Origin: Piedraia hortae CBS 480.64
Taxonomy: Eukaryota
Assembly (NCBI GenBank): GCA_010093745.1
Contig: MU006031.1
Span: 1-52,947 of the forward strand
Direction: 5' to 3'
Length of the DNA stretch: 52,947 nt
In this document: positions 19,085 to 29,856 of the stretch, one piece after another
Position numbering within the stretch: position 1 is the stretch's first letter
Layout: every line of letters begins with the position of its first letter
Program-made: the position numbers and the translations under genes
Notes under the pieces: model-generated
The model's database searches: none
What the model was told of the DNA's origin: nothing
Seen by the model: only the letters and a program-made list of their open reading frames with translations

Positions 19085-21778
19085 TTACACCCCCCGACCA
19101 ACCTCCTCCACCCTAAGTAATATCGAAGCAGCCATAACCCTCATCTTCTCTTCATCACGGGGGAGCTTTTCGAAAACATTGCTAACCCATTCCCCCACCT
19201 CCCTCACCAGTTCCCTCTCACTCCTCAACACGGGATCAGGGACAATCTCGAAGGTGGTTAACACCCCGAACAGGACAGCGTCGCAGACGTCTCTCCCCTC
19301 CTCTGCCTTGCTCCTTAGGGAGAGGAGGAACGTCAGGAACTCGGACGTGAAGTCAGCGAGGGACACCGTCCCGGGGCCGGAGGCGTTGAGGAGGAGGGAA
19401 CATGTTGTGATTAGGAGGGTTAGGATGTACGGGGGGAGGGATGAAGTGAGGGAGTACGCTCCCAAAAGAGGCGCGAGAAACGACACGTACGCGACTTTGG
19501 AAAGCTGATTAGGTCGTGAAACAGGCCGCATGCTTCGCGTTCGCGACGGGGTAAGGAGATCCCCCCCCTTGTGTTGTGGGGAGGGTAGCTTCGCAGGAGT
19601 ACGCAGGAGGGAAGTCTGCGCAGAGTGGATCCCTCGACCACTTGACGGGGCAGTGATTTCTGTCTGCGCGGAGGATAACTTCTTCTGCTGCGAATACCCA
19701 GCAGGGAGGCCATAAATACTCTCCAGTTCTCTTGGCAACCTCTCCCCCACAAACCCTCCCCCGGGGTTCTCTCCCCCAGCAATCTCCATCCCCACCCTCC
19801 CAAGCGCAACCAACCCCCCCGCCCTCGTGGCGGTGCTGTACTCCCTCCCCGTAACAACCATCCGCGCCAACCGTGGCGCCAGCCCCTCGGGATCGGCGCC
19901 TACCGTCGCAACAAGCGCGTCAAGTCTCAGCTCCTCGAACTTTTCGGTGTCAAAGTTGTTCTGCAGGGACATGAACTCGGAAAGGAGGGAGGAGGCATGC
20001 TCGCGCACCTCCCCGTAGGCAGCCTTGCGGCGGATGAGGGACGCAGCGGAGGAAAGGGAGAGGGAGAAGGTTTCTGCGTCGTCGCTCCGCAGAGACTTTA
20101 TCAAATCGAGAATATACACCGGCTTCTTGGGTGGGTTGCGGTTGATGAGAGTTGGGTCGGTTTCTGCGTCTTTGGGGTCGGGGTGGGGTTTGGGGTACGG
20201 CTTCAAATCTCCATCCTCCTCGTCCTCCTCGTCCTCCTCTGATGGGGACAGCTCCGCTACGCAATCCCCGATTATTTCCGTCTGCACCGGAGGCCGCGGC
20301 GGCCCAAACACCACTTTTCCATTCCAGAACTCCCCCTTCCCCACTCGCGTTCGAGCGGGGAGGGTGTGTGTGATTTTCTGTGGGATCAAGTGTGCGAAGT
20401 CTTTGAACGAGCCGATGTTATCTTCGATTTTGGTTAGGGAGAGGTAGGACTCTACTTCGTGGGTGTGCATTTCTTCAACACCAAAGTCGAGGGTGTTTGA
20501 TGCGTCGTCGACGAGAGAGGAGAGACCCGTCGCGACGAGCATGCCAAGCCAGCGCGCACGGTCGACATTGCTGTCGAGACGGTTGCCGACGCCGGTGGAG
20601 TGGACTCCGGAGCGAACGAGGGAGGTTAGGTCTGACTTTGGGGTACGGCTGGCTGTGAGCAGGATGGATTGGGCGAGGGACTCTTGTTGTGTCATTGGGG
20701 CATGGGCGATGAAGAGACTGGAGCCGAAGGTTGAGAGTTGTTTCTCTAGGAGGGCGGGGAGGGAAGCAGTGGGGATGGTGACGATGCTTGCTCTTCGGAC
20801 GGGTTGCGAGAGGGAGGCGTTTTGGGTTGGGTTGCTGAGAAGTGAGATTAAGTGGTTTGGGGTGAATGTTTTGATGAGGCCGGCGAGGGAGGAGATTACG
20901 GCTTCGTTTGGGTGGGTGTAGGTTTTTGAGAGCCAGGTGAGGGTTTGTGATTCGAAGTGGCGGCGGGACAGGGTTGGCAGGCCTTCGTGGAAGGTGGTTA
21001 GGCTGTCCCAGTTTGTGGAGCTTTGGGTAAAGGTCGTGTAGAAACCTTGCAGAAGTTCGTTGGGATAGCCGAGGCTTAGGGCTGGGGTGAGGAGTTGGAT
21101 GGCCTGAGGTGGGGATTGTAGTATGTTGGCGATGTTTTCACCGAGCCAAAGTGCGTATTTTTGACCATCGCCTAGCCAGCTTGTTCCCCTTTTATCCGCC
21201 TGCGCAACGAGGGAGACTACCTTGCCTGAGCCGAGAAGAGTTGCGATTTCTTTCCATGTTATGTCGCGCTTGGTGTCCTCAGAAACGGCGTCGCTAATTC
21301 CGTTCCATAAAGCAGATGCTGTGTTCTTCCCAGCAAGAAACCGTTCGGCCAGGTTCAGAAAATCTTGGGCTTCTATGTTACTCTTGACATCTGTTTTGAT
21401 CTGCTGTATACGTCTAAACACGGCATTGATGCCGGAGACATTCGTCAAACAGTCCACAAGTAAGTCTCTGACTGCCTGAACCGTCCAGAATGAGGGAACA
21501 ATCGAATCAACCAGAGCGCCGGAAATTTGGACTTGTATCGGACCGGGATAGCAAAGATTTACTAACGTCCCCGATTTCAGTTGTTGCAAAACAGATATGA
21601 GCGTGATCTGGTCCGGCTGCGAACGAAGATATTGTAGTGCGTCATCTGTACTTTTGACCTCCCCGGTCGGCGCTGCTTTGTCCGAAACTCTGGCTTCCTT
21701 TTCGATCTTCTTATGCTTCGACGACACCGCAACGAGACCGCCGTCCTCTGATTGCCTTGTCTTGATTACTTCCGGCAT
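19085..21778 (-). CDS. TEL2: telomere length regulation protein Tel2 (TTT co-chaperone); start may be 21778 or 21820
   Basis: GVGNRLDS..RARWLGMLVA, acidic DEEDGDLKPYPKP..D.ETDPTL, KPVYILDLI and AASLIRRKA.YGEV follow Tel2 motifs. Confidence 0.88.
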   Translation of the reverse strand: MPEVIKTRQSEDGGLVAVSSKHKKIEKEARVSDKAAPTGEVKSTDDALQYLRSQPDQITLISVLQQLKSGTLVNLCYPGPIQVQISGALVDSIVPSFWTVQAVRDLLVDCLTNVSGINAVFRRIQQIKTDVKSNIEAQDFLNLAERFLAGKNTASALWNGISDAVSEDTKRDITWKEIATLLGSGKVVSLVAQADKRGTSWLGDGQKYALWLGENIANILQSPPQAIQLLTPALSLGYPNELLQGFYTTFTQSSTNWDSLTTFHEGLPTLSRRHFESQTLTWLSKTYTHPNEAVISSLAGLIKTFTPNHLISLLSNPTQNASLSQPVRRASIVTIPTASLPALLEKQLSTFGSSLFIAHAPMTQQESLAQSILLTASRTPKSDLTSLVRSGVHSTGVGNRLDSNVDRARWLGMLVATGLSSLVDDASNTLDFGVEEMHTHEVESYLSLTKIEDNIGSFKDFAHLIPQKITHTLPARTRVGKGEFWNGKVVFGPPRPPVQTEIIGDCVAELSPSEEDEEDEEDGDLKPYPKPHPDPKDAETDPTLINRNPPKKPVYILDLIKSLRSDDAETFSLSLSSAASLIRRKAAYGEVREHASSLLSEFMSLQNNFDTEKFEELRLDALVATVGADPEGLAPRLARMVVTGREYSTATRAGGLVALGRVGMEIAGGENPGGGFVGERLPRELESIYGLPAGYSQQKKLSSAQTEITAPSSGRGIHSAQTSLLRTPAKLPSPQHKGGDLLTPSRTRSMRPVSRPNQLSKVAYVSFLAPLLGAYSLTSSLPPYILTLLITTCSLLLNASGPGTVSLADFTSEFLTFLLSLRSKAEEGRDVCDAVLFGVLTTFEIVPDPVLRSERELVREVGEWVSNVFEKLPRDEEKMRVMAASILLRVEEVGRGV

Positions 21779-21854
21779 TGTGTTCTGCAGTAGTACTAGC
21801 GCCACGCTAATCAACCACATATCCTAGCGTTTTACCCAGAGGCACTCAAAAAAA

Positions 21855-23135
21855 ATGTCTATTCCAGACAGTCAACGCCATAAGTACATGAACCAGCTGC
21901 TCCAAAGACCCGGTCCTTGGACAGACGAAGACTACGATCCCAATGCATCGATTACCAGCATCCAAGAATCCCACGTCCTCGTCATCGGCGCAGGCGGACT
22001 CGGATGCGAAATCCTCAAAAACCTGGCCCTATCCGGCTTCAAAAGGATCGATGTAATCGATATGGACACCATAGACGTTTCCAACCTGAACCGGCAATTT
22101 CTTTTCCGGGAAAAGGACGTTGGCAAAGCAAAGGCCGAAGTCGCCGCTGACTTTGTCATGAAGCGGGTTCCAGGGTGTAAGATCACCCCATATGTGGGCA
22201 AAATCCAGGACAAGGACGAAGACTACTACATGCAGTTTAATCTAGTCATCTGCGGACTGGACAGCGTAGAGGCGAGACGGTGGATCAACGCCACGTTGGT
22301 CGGCATGGTCGACGAAGATAACCCCGACAGCCTGAAGCCGCTGATAGACGGCGGCACCGAAGGCTTCAAAGGCCAGTCGCGAGTTATTCTGCCAACAGTC
22401 ACGTCGTGTATAGAATGTCAACTAGACATGCACGCCCCACGGGAAACGGTCCCTCTCTGTACACTTGCAACAATCCCCCGACAGCCGCAACACTGCATCG
22501 AATGGGCGCACATCATCAAGTGGGACGAAGACCGCAAAGGTGAGCAGCTGGACACAGACGACCCGGAACACGTCACCTGGCTGTACCAACAAGCCCTAGC
22601 CAGAGCCAAGGAGTTCAACATCCCCGGCGTGACTTATTCCATGACACAGGGCGTCATCAAGAACATCATCCCCGCCATAGCCAGCACGAATGCCATCATC
22701 GCTGCATCATGCTGCAACGAAGCCTTCAAAATCGTCTCCTCCGCGGCAAGCTTCCTCGGCAACCCGCGCGAGAACAACTACATGCTTTATACAGGCGATC
22801 GCTCAATCTACACGTATACCTTTTGCCACGAGCGCAAGCCCGACTGTCCTGTCTGCGGGAACCTGCCCAAAGACTTGGACCTGACGCCGGAGCAGACGCT
22901 GGACACGTTTATCGGGAGTCTTGCAGAGCGCCCAGAGGCGCAGCTGAAGAAGCCGAACCTGCGCACGACGGATAAGTCGCTCTATTACTCCACGCCTGCG
23001 AGCCTTGAAGAGCAGACTCGGCCGAACTTGAAGAGGAAGCTGGAGGAGCTGCTCAGCGACGGCGATGAAATTGCTATTAGCGATCCGGCCTTTGATATCA
23101 ATTTTAGGTACATCACGAGATTCAAGAGGAAGTAG
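21855..23135 (+). CDS. UBA3: NEDD8-activating enzyme E1 catalytic subunit
   Basis: GAGGLGCEILK, DMDTIDVSNLNRQFLFR, GLDSVEARRWIN, DGGTEGFKGQ, catalytic PLCTLATIPRQPQHCIEWA, KNIIPAIASTNA, and a C-terminal E2-binding domain. Confidence 0.97.
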   Translation: MSIPDSQRHKYMNQLLQRPGPWTDEDYDPNASITSIQESHVLVIGAGGLGCEILKNLALSGFKRIDVIDMDTIDVSNLNRQFLFREKDVGKAKAEVAADFVMKRVPGCKITPYVGKIQDKDEDYYMQFNLVICGLDSVEARRWINATLVGMVDEDNPDSLKPLIDGGTEGFKGQSRVILPTVTSCIECQLDMHAPRETVPLCTLATIPRQPQHCIEWAHIIKWDEDRKGEQLDTDDPEHVTWLYQQALARAKEFNIPGVTYSMTQGVIKNIIPAIASTNAIIAASCCNEAFKIVSSAASFLGNPRENNYMLYTGDRSIYTYTFCHERKPDCPVCGNLPKDLDLTPEQTLDTFIGSLAERPEAQLKKPNLRTTDKSLYYSTPASLEEQTRPNLKRKLEELLSDGDEIAISDPAFDINFRYITRFKRK

Positions 23136-23503
23136 AGTTAGCAGGCTGAGGGGTGGGAGGGCGTCTCCCTGTATGATACGATGCGGCAGGACTTCATGAC
23201 TGATGGAGGGATACACGATGGAGGGATGGAATCACGGAGTTGCTTAATGTAGATGCCGCAGACTCATACTGCTTTACGAGTTCTGTGTTCTGTGGCCACG
23301 GCGTGCGCAATCGGTCAGGGCATTGACTCCCACATGGCGGTTGCCCGCGCCTCCGCCGGGAGCTGCTCATTCGGATTGCTTTGAAGAATTATCAGAAGCC
23401 GCGGTATCTTGCTGGCGCCCTGCTGCGCTTGCAAAGGACAGAGAGGTATGATACCCTTCCCTCCCCCCCTCCCCCCCTTCCCCCCCTTCAGTCCTCTTGG
23501 CAA

Positions 23504-23511
23504 TGACGTCA
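23504..23511. promoter_or_regulatory. palindromic CRE/ATF-type site TGACGTCA upstream of VPS53
   Basis: Exact TGACGTCA about 50 bp upstream of the VPS53 ATG, just after a pyrimidine tract (23454-23489). Function is inferred only. Confidence 0.35.
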
Positions 23512-23561
23512 CATCACCCCGGGCATCGGCGAACGACAACAAACATGCCGGCCTGGACTCC

Positions 23562-26075
23562 ATGACTCTGCCGAATGGGAGCGCAGCGGTCAATGTTCTT
23601 GATTCGGGTGAGGGCTGACTCAACAATGGCAACTGTAGCGCTAACGGTTCGAATCACATAGACGACTATGATCCCATTGACCATCTAAACACACTCTTCT
23701 CCCATCCCTCTGCGCTGTCCGCCGCTCCCGCCGTGTCTGCCGCGCTCAGACAGCATCAAAATGACCTCGACCGAAGCATTGCCTCGCTGGTGTCGATACA
23801 GACCAGCTCCGACTCCGACAGCGTGCGCCGAATCCAGGATGCGAACCAGGAGCTCGACCAGCTGTTCAAGCAGATTGAAGGCGTACGGGAACGGGCAGCA
23901 GAAACGGAAAAACAGATTGCGGACATGACTGCCGACATCAAACGGCTGGACAGCACTAAGAAGAACCTGCGCCTGTCGATGACGGCTCTCAAGCGGCTTC
24001 AGATGCTGACGACGGCCTACGAGCAGCTGAGTGGACTGTCAAAGCGCAGGGAGTACAAGGAATGCGCGAACCTACTGCAGGTCGTCATTCAGCTCATGGC
24101 GCACTTCAAAAGCTACCGCAGCATCGACCAGATTGCCACTTTGAGCAAAAACGTGACGGATCTGCAACGGGAATTGCTGGAACAGGTTTGCGAAGACTTT
24201 GAGACGACCTTCTCAAGCGGACAGGTGCAGCAGAAGAGGGCGATGCTGGCCGAGGCTTGCTGCGTCGTGGATGCGCTCGGCGACCACGCGCGCTCGCGCC
24301 TCATCACCTGGTACTGCAACACGCAACTGAGAGAGTATAGACAGGTGTTTAGGAGCAGCGAGGAGGCTGGTTCGCTGGACAATATCTCGAGACGCTACAG
24401 CTGGTTCATGCGTTTGCTCAAGAAGTACAATTCGGAGCATTCCCACCTCTTCCCGCCGGCTTGGCGCGTCAATGAGATGCTGGCAAACTCGTTCTGTGCC
24501 GGTACGAGAGAAGATTACAAGGATATTCTGCAAAAATCCATGGGCAGGACAGATGGTCCGCCGCCGGACGTGAACTTGCTGTTATCCTGTCTGCAGCAAA
24601 CTCTCGACTTTGAGCATAGCCTGGAGAAGCAGCTGGCTGCAAGCAATTCCAGGGCGTCAATAGACACTGCGACTTCTGCAGAAGGCAGGACGAGGGCGTT
24701 TGGACAGGTCATCTCGGAAGCATTCGAGCCGTATCTAAGCATCTGGGTCCAGTCCCAGGACAGACATCTTGCCACGTTCATACCAAAATACCAACAGCAG
24801 CCTATTCAATCGCCAGACGAAGAGTTTTACCCGCAGCTGGTCATGCCCTCTTCGACCGAGCTCTTCCACTACTACCGCGTCACTCTGGCTCAGGGGGCCA
24901 AGGTGTCTACGGGCAGTAGGCTGGTGGAGCTGTCGCGGGTGTTTGGAAAATATCTTGACGGCTACTCCCAACAGGTTCTCCTCCAACGATTAGGCAGCAA
25001 TCTATCCGTACAAGACATTATCGTCATCCTCAACACGGCCGATTACTGCTACACAACGACCAACCAGCTCGAAGAGCGAATCCAATCCCGCATCGACGAA
25101 GACGTCCGCGACAAGGTTGACCTGCAATCGCAGGCGGATGCATTCATGGGCGTAGCTTCGGCGACTATCCGCGCTCTCGTGCACAAGGTAGAAGTCGAGA
25201 GCGAATCTGCATGGCGCGAGATGCGCAATGTGGCTTGGTCGCGCATGGAAAGTGTTGAGGACCAAAGTGGCTACGTCTCCGTCCTGCTCCAAACCCTTCG
25301 CGAACGCAGCAGAGAAATCCTCAAATGTCTTCACAAACCGCAATATGCGCGAGCGTATTGCGATCAACTCGTCGAAAGCGTAGCCAACACATATGTCATC
25401 AACATTGCAGCGAGCAAACCCATTAGTGAGACTGGCGCAGAACAGATGCTTTTAGATTTCTACTCCATCAAGAAAGCCCTCTTAGAACTACCCAGCACCG
25501 CCCCCGACACCCCCAACATCGCGAATGCAGCCTACGCCAAGCGTGTCAACGCAAGCACTGCCAAAATCGACCCTATCCTGAAAACCCTCCAAGTCCGCTC
25601 CTCCCCACCCGAAGGCCTTGTACAAATGTACCTCATCCACATCCGCGACCGCTCAGAATCCAACTTTCGCAAGATCCTAGACCTCAAAGGCATCACCAAG
25701 CGCAGCGAAACGTCCCTGCTCATGGACACGTTCAAAGCGCAAAGCAAAGCAGCCGAGGGTCTGCAGATCAGCAATCCGCTCATAGCGTCGCTACAGCTGA
25801 CTCTCCAGTCTCAACATCAGCCGCTGGGAAGGGACGCCGGGCTTACGCCGAGGTTTGATCCCGCGGTATTTGGCTCCGCGCTGATAAATGCTGCGAGGGA
25901 TGCGGGTGATAGACTTGGTACGCCGAGCCTGGTTTCGCCTGGGTTGGGAAATATTAGGGCTACGAGTCCCCCGATTGCGAATCAGGCGGCGGCGGGGTTG
26001 AATGAGAATTTGAAGAACTTGGGGAAGTTTTTTAAACGGGATGTTGGGTTTGGGGGGTTTAGGGATAAGGGGTAG
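23562..26075 (+). CDS. VPS53: GARP complex subunit Vps53; exons 23562-23607 and 23662-26075
   Basis: Intron 23608-23661 (GTGAGG..GCTAAC..TAG, 54 nt) joins MTLPNGSAAVNVLDS to DYDPIDHLNTLFSHPS. DIKRLDSTKKNL..MTALKRLQML, EAGSLDNISRRYSWF, GAEQMLLD and NFRKILDLKG are Vps53 motifs. Confidence 0.95.
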
Positions 26076-26674
26076 GGTGGTTTGAATTTTTTGGATGGTG
26101 GGGTTTTTGTTTTTTTTTTTTCTTCTGATGTAGCGTTTGAAGTGTGTGGGCATCGATGGGACAGTTTGGAGTTGACCGGGGTTTAGCTAAAGCGTTGAAA
26201 AGAGTGAGAGTCATTTACTGGGTAATTTGCGAGATTGTTGCGCCGTCCAGGATTCGGTCCGTCATCAGATGATGTTACAATCACGACATGATAAGACTGC
26301 TGGAGTAACATCAAAACTCCCTGAACCATCACTACGTCTTCTCCTATGCACCGGGGCATCTGCCGCCCTTGTACTGACCAATCACGGGCAAAGTGTGGTG
26401 AGTGTGCAATCTTCTTGGCGCATGGGCAAATAACCGAGGTTGGGCCGAGAGAGCCCCCACGACGGGCAACCTCCACAACACCCACCATCAATTTTAACAC
26501 GCACCACAATCACACATCGCCCAAATACATGCGATTTTTATAAAACCCCACCACCACAACCCCGCAGCATCACAACCCAGCTCGATTATTCACTACCCGT
26601 CGGATTTAATTAACCCAATCCACCGCACGGGGGAACGTGCGCGGTGGAGCACTCCAAATCCTAAAGTCACGAAC

Positions 26675-29437
26675 ATGTCGCACCCAACAGACAGCTCAAT
26701 GGCGCACAAACGGTCCCTCAACGGGACGACCAAGCCCGGCTACGGAGACCCTCCCGCTGCACCACACAAGCTCCCCACGGGTCCGTCAAGCATTTCACGA
26801 ATGCGAGGCCGCGTGACAGCCGCATCCTCCATTCCCGTGGGCCTCGCACGGATAAAATTCGCGGCGGAGTGTATCAAGGCTGCGCAGTCGTCGCGTCTGG
26901 ACCCTTACGCACTCCACCCCGGGGAACAGGCGCTCGTGGGGAACGAATTCTCGTCAAATGAAGAGGTAACGATTTATTTGAATATTCGAAATGCGATCCT
27001 GAGGTTGTGGTTCAAAAACCCCCTTGCGAGGGTGGTACCGGAAGAGGCAGCCGGGTGTGCGCGACAGGAGAGGTTTTTTGGTTTCGCAGAAGTGGCGTAT
27101 ACGTGGTTGTTGAGGAACGGGTATATTAACTATGGGTGTGTTGAGGTAAATAGAGCTTTGGCTACGTCAAATGCGCCAGAGGCGAAGACGATTGTTGTTG
27201 TGGGTGCTGGTGTTGCGGGTCTTGCGACTGCGAGACAGCTTGAGGGGTTGTTCGCCCAGACGTGGATGGAGTTTGAGGGTCCCCCGCCAAAGGTCATAGT
27301 GCTTGAGGGCAGGAAGAGAATTGGTGGGAGGGTTTACTCTAAACCGCTGCATTTTCAGTCTGATGGTGGGACGGCACTAAGCAAACACCGCAATACGGTT
27401 GAAATGGGCGGCATGATCGTTACCGGGTTTAACAACGGGAACCCTCTTGAGCCCATCATGCGTGGTCAGCTGGGTTTGAAGTACCACATGATGACGGATG
27501 ATATGGCTCTGTATGATTATGATGGGAAGAAAGTGGACGAAACGAGAGATAAGATCATCATGGACCTCTATGCCGATATCGTTAATCGTGTCGGTCGGTT
27601 TAGGGCGAAAAGAGATGTGGTAGAGACGCTACGCGGTGATGAAGAGCTCATCAACCGTGCCCAGGACCCAAATACCAGCCGGTCGGAGCTGCAGGCTCCT
27701 GTTGGTAATACGCAGTCGTTGCCCGTCAAGAGACGCGGTAGACGCCGCAATGTGCCGCCCGGTACGGAGAAACTTACGACCAAAACGCGGGCGGTGGAGG
27801 AAACGGAAACGACGGACAAGTTTGCGGCCGAAGCGGCGCAGATGATGGGTTTTACGTTGAAAGAAGGGGTTTCGCCGTCGCAGACTATTTCGCTAAAAGA
27901 GACGGCCACGTCGGTGGAACATGCCTCGCTCGGCTCCGTCATGGATGAAGCTGTGGAGCAGTACCGCAAGATTGTTGACCTTACGCCGCAAGATATGCGC
28001 ATGCTCCACTGGCACAATGCGAACCTGGAATATGCAAATTCTGCACCCATCAGCGCGCTCAGCCTCACTGGTCATGATCAGGACACGGGCAACGAGTTTG
28101 AGGGCGCGCACTGTGAGATCATTGGCGGCTACTCACAACTGCCGCGTGGGCTGTTAGGAGTTCCTACGAAGCTCGATGTGCGCTTTGGAAAGTCTGTGGA
28201 CAGTGTCGAATACCTACCAGAGGATGGTAAGCGAAGGAATTCAGAGAGGGGAGGCCGCTCCGCAAGGGTAAAGTGTGAAGACGGGACCACTTTTGATGCG
28301 GACATGGTCGTCATTACGGTCCCTCTTGGCGTGCTGAAGGAGGATATCATCAACTTCCAGCCGCCTCTGCCATCATGGAAGCAGGGCGCTATTTCCCGTC
28401 TGGGATTCGGCCTGTTGAACAAGGTTGTCTTAATCTACGACGAGGCGTTTTGGGACGACAGTCGAGACATGTTTGGCCTGCTAAACGACTCCGATCCCCC
28501 TGACAGTTTGGATCCCGCAGACTACGCAAAGGACCGGGGACGCTTTTTCCTCATCTGGAACGCATCCAAAGCCAGTGGGCGGCCAGTCCTCGTTGTCCTC
28601 ATGGCAGGTCTCGCCGCGTATGAGACTGAAAAGTCCAGTGCAGAGGAACTGTACGCGGAAATCAACACGAGGCTCGAAAAGGCATTCCCAGACAAACACG
28701 TGCCGCTACCCGTTGAAGTTTTGCTAACAAACTGGCGAGAAGACGCATTCGCCAGAGGCGCCTACTCATTCGTCGCTCCCGAAACAGAAGCAGACGACTA
28801 CGACCGCATGGCGCAGCCGGTTCGAAACCTCTTCTTCGCCGGCGAAGCCTCCTGCGGCACCCATCCTGCCACCGTCCACGGAGCGTATCTCTCCGGCCTA
28901 CGTGCCGCCTCCGAAGTCTACGAAACCCTCGTCGGCCCCATTGAACTCCCGAGCCCCTTTGTCGGCTCAGAAAGCGGAGACAACGACGTGGAAATGCAAG
29001 ATGCCTACGGCCCCAACCGACGCAGTCGACGACCCTCAAGCAACGACACAATCACCGACGAAAGCGACCAGGAACGCCAAAAAGCAATGATCAGACACGT
29101 CGTCTCCGAGATCGGAACCTACCCCGAACAACCCACCATGCATCGTGTCAAGGCTTTTGACTTGTTTGTTCAAGACATGAGGCCTAACCAAGCAGCAGTA
29201 TCACGCTCGGAACCCGAGGAAGAGAAGATGATTGCTGCGCTGGAGAAGAAGTGGAAGAAGTTGGGTCAAGAGGAAAGGTCGGCGTACGAGGATAATGCAA
29301 AGTCTTGGAATATCCGGTGTAGTGTGGAGAAAAATGCCTGGAGGGGGAGGGTGAGTGATTGGCTTGTGGAGTTGAGGAGGGTTAGGAGAGAAATTGATCA
29401 GGCAGGGCTGTTTAGGAGTAGTAGAGCTAGGATATAG
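26675..29437 (+). CDS. LSD1/KDM1-type FAD-dependent lysine-specific histone demethylase (SWIRM + amine oxidase + HMG-box-like C-terminus)
   Basis: SWIRM (YLNIRNAILRLW..WLLRNGYINYG), GAGVAGLATA, EGRKRIGGRV, WHNANLEYAN, catalytic-Lys context GFGLLNKVVL, FFAGEA..HPATVHGAYLSGLRAA, and HMG-like KKWKKLGQEERSAYE. Confidence 0.93.
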   Translation: MSHPTDSSMAHKRSLNGTTKPGYGDPPAAPHKLPTGPSSISRMRGRVTAASSIPVGLARIKFAAECIKAAQSSRLDPYALHPGEQALVGNEFSSNEEVTIYLNIRNAILRLWFKNPLARVVPEEAAGCARQERFFGFAEVAYTWLLRNGYINYGCVEVNRALATSNAPEAKTIVVVGAGVAGLATARQLEGLFAQTWMEFEGPPPKVIVLEGRKRIGGRVYSKPLHFQSDGGTALSKHRNTVEMGGMIVTGFNNGNPLEPIMRGQLGLKYHMMTDDMALYDYDGKKVDETRDKIIMDLYADIVNRVGRFRAKRDVVETLRGDEELINRAQDPNTSRSELQAPVGNTQSLPVKRRGRRRNVPPGTEKLTTKTRAVEETETTDKFAAEAAQMMGFTLKEGVSPSQTISLKETATSVEHASLGSVMDEAVEQYRKIVDLTPQDMRMLHWHNANLEYANSAPISALSLTGHDQDTGNEFEGAHCEIIGGYSQLPRGLLGVPTKLDVRFGKSVDSVEYLPEDGKRRNSERGGRSARVKCEDGTTFDADMVVITVPLGVLKEDIINFQPPLPSWKQGAISRLGFGLLNKVVLIYDEAFWDDSRDMFGLLNDSDPPDSLDPADYAKDRGRFFLIWNASKASGRPVLVVLMAGLAAYETEKSSAEELYAEINTRLEKAFPDKHVPLPVEVLLTNWREDAFARGAYSFVAPETEADDYDRMAQPVRNLFFAGEASCGTHPATVHGAYLSGLRAASEVYETLVGPIELPSPFVGSESGDNDVEMQDAYGPNRRSRRPSSNDTITDESDQERQKAMIRHVVSEIGTYPEQPTMHRVKAFDLFVQDMRPNQAAVSRSEPEEEKMIAALEKKWKKLGQEERSAYEDNAKSWNIRCSVEKNAWRGRVSDWLVELRRVRREIDQAGLFRSSRARI

Positions 29438-29800
29438 GTAGTATTAGGGATATTGGTTTTGTTTTGGAGGGGTCGTTCATGTGGTGTGTTACATTTGATC
29501 TAGGGGGTGGTCGATTTGGTGTGTTCGAGAGTGATTGTAGGGACGTTCACGTAGTAAACGGCAGCCAAAACAGCCTCTCGCCCGTTAATCGTACGTACTG
29601 CTATCCTATCCCTTTAGATGGATTGTGTGAAGATGTGACATCCCTAACGTCAAGTACCCCAAAAGGGAATAGCCGTGAATCCGCCAAGACCGCGCAAACA
29701 CTCTCTCCTTTTCATACGTCCTCCACAAAGCCACATTGAACATCCTGGTGTCGACCTGCATGCCATCGCTTGCGTCTTACTTTCCGCCCCTCAGTAATAA

Positions 29801-29856
29801 TTTTTTTTATTTTTTTTTCATTTTTTTATAGTTTTTATTTTTTATTTTTATTTTTT
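29801..29856 (+). repeat. degenerate T-rich tract (A-rich on minus strand)
   Basis: About 55 nt of T runs with single interruptions, marking the start of the accessory region. Confidence 0.85.

Noticed and set aside
23646..23655. GGTTCGAATC B-box/T-loop-like sequence suggesting a tRNA
   Set aside because: It lies inside the 54-nt VPS53 intron with no cloverleaf or A-box. I recognised no tRNA or rRNA gene in the window.
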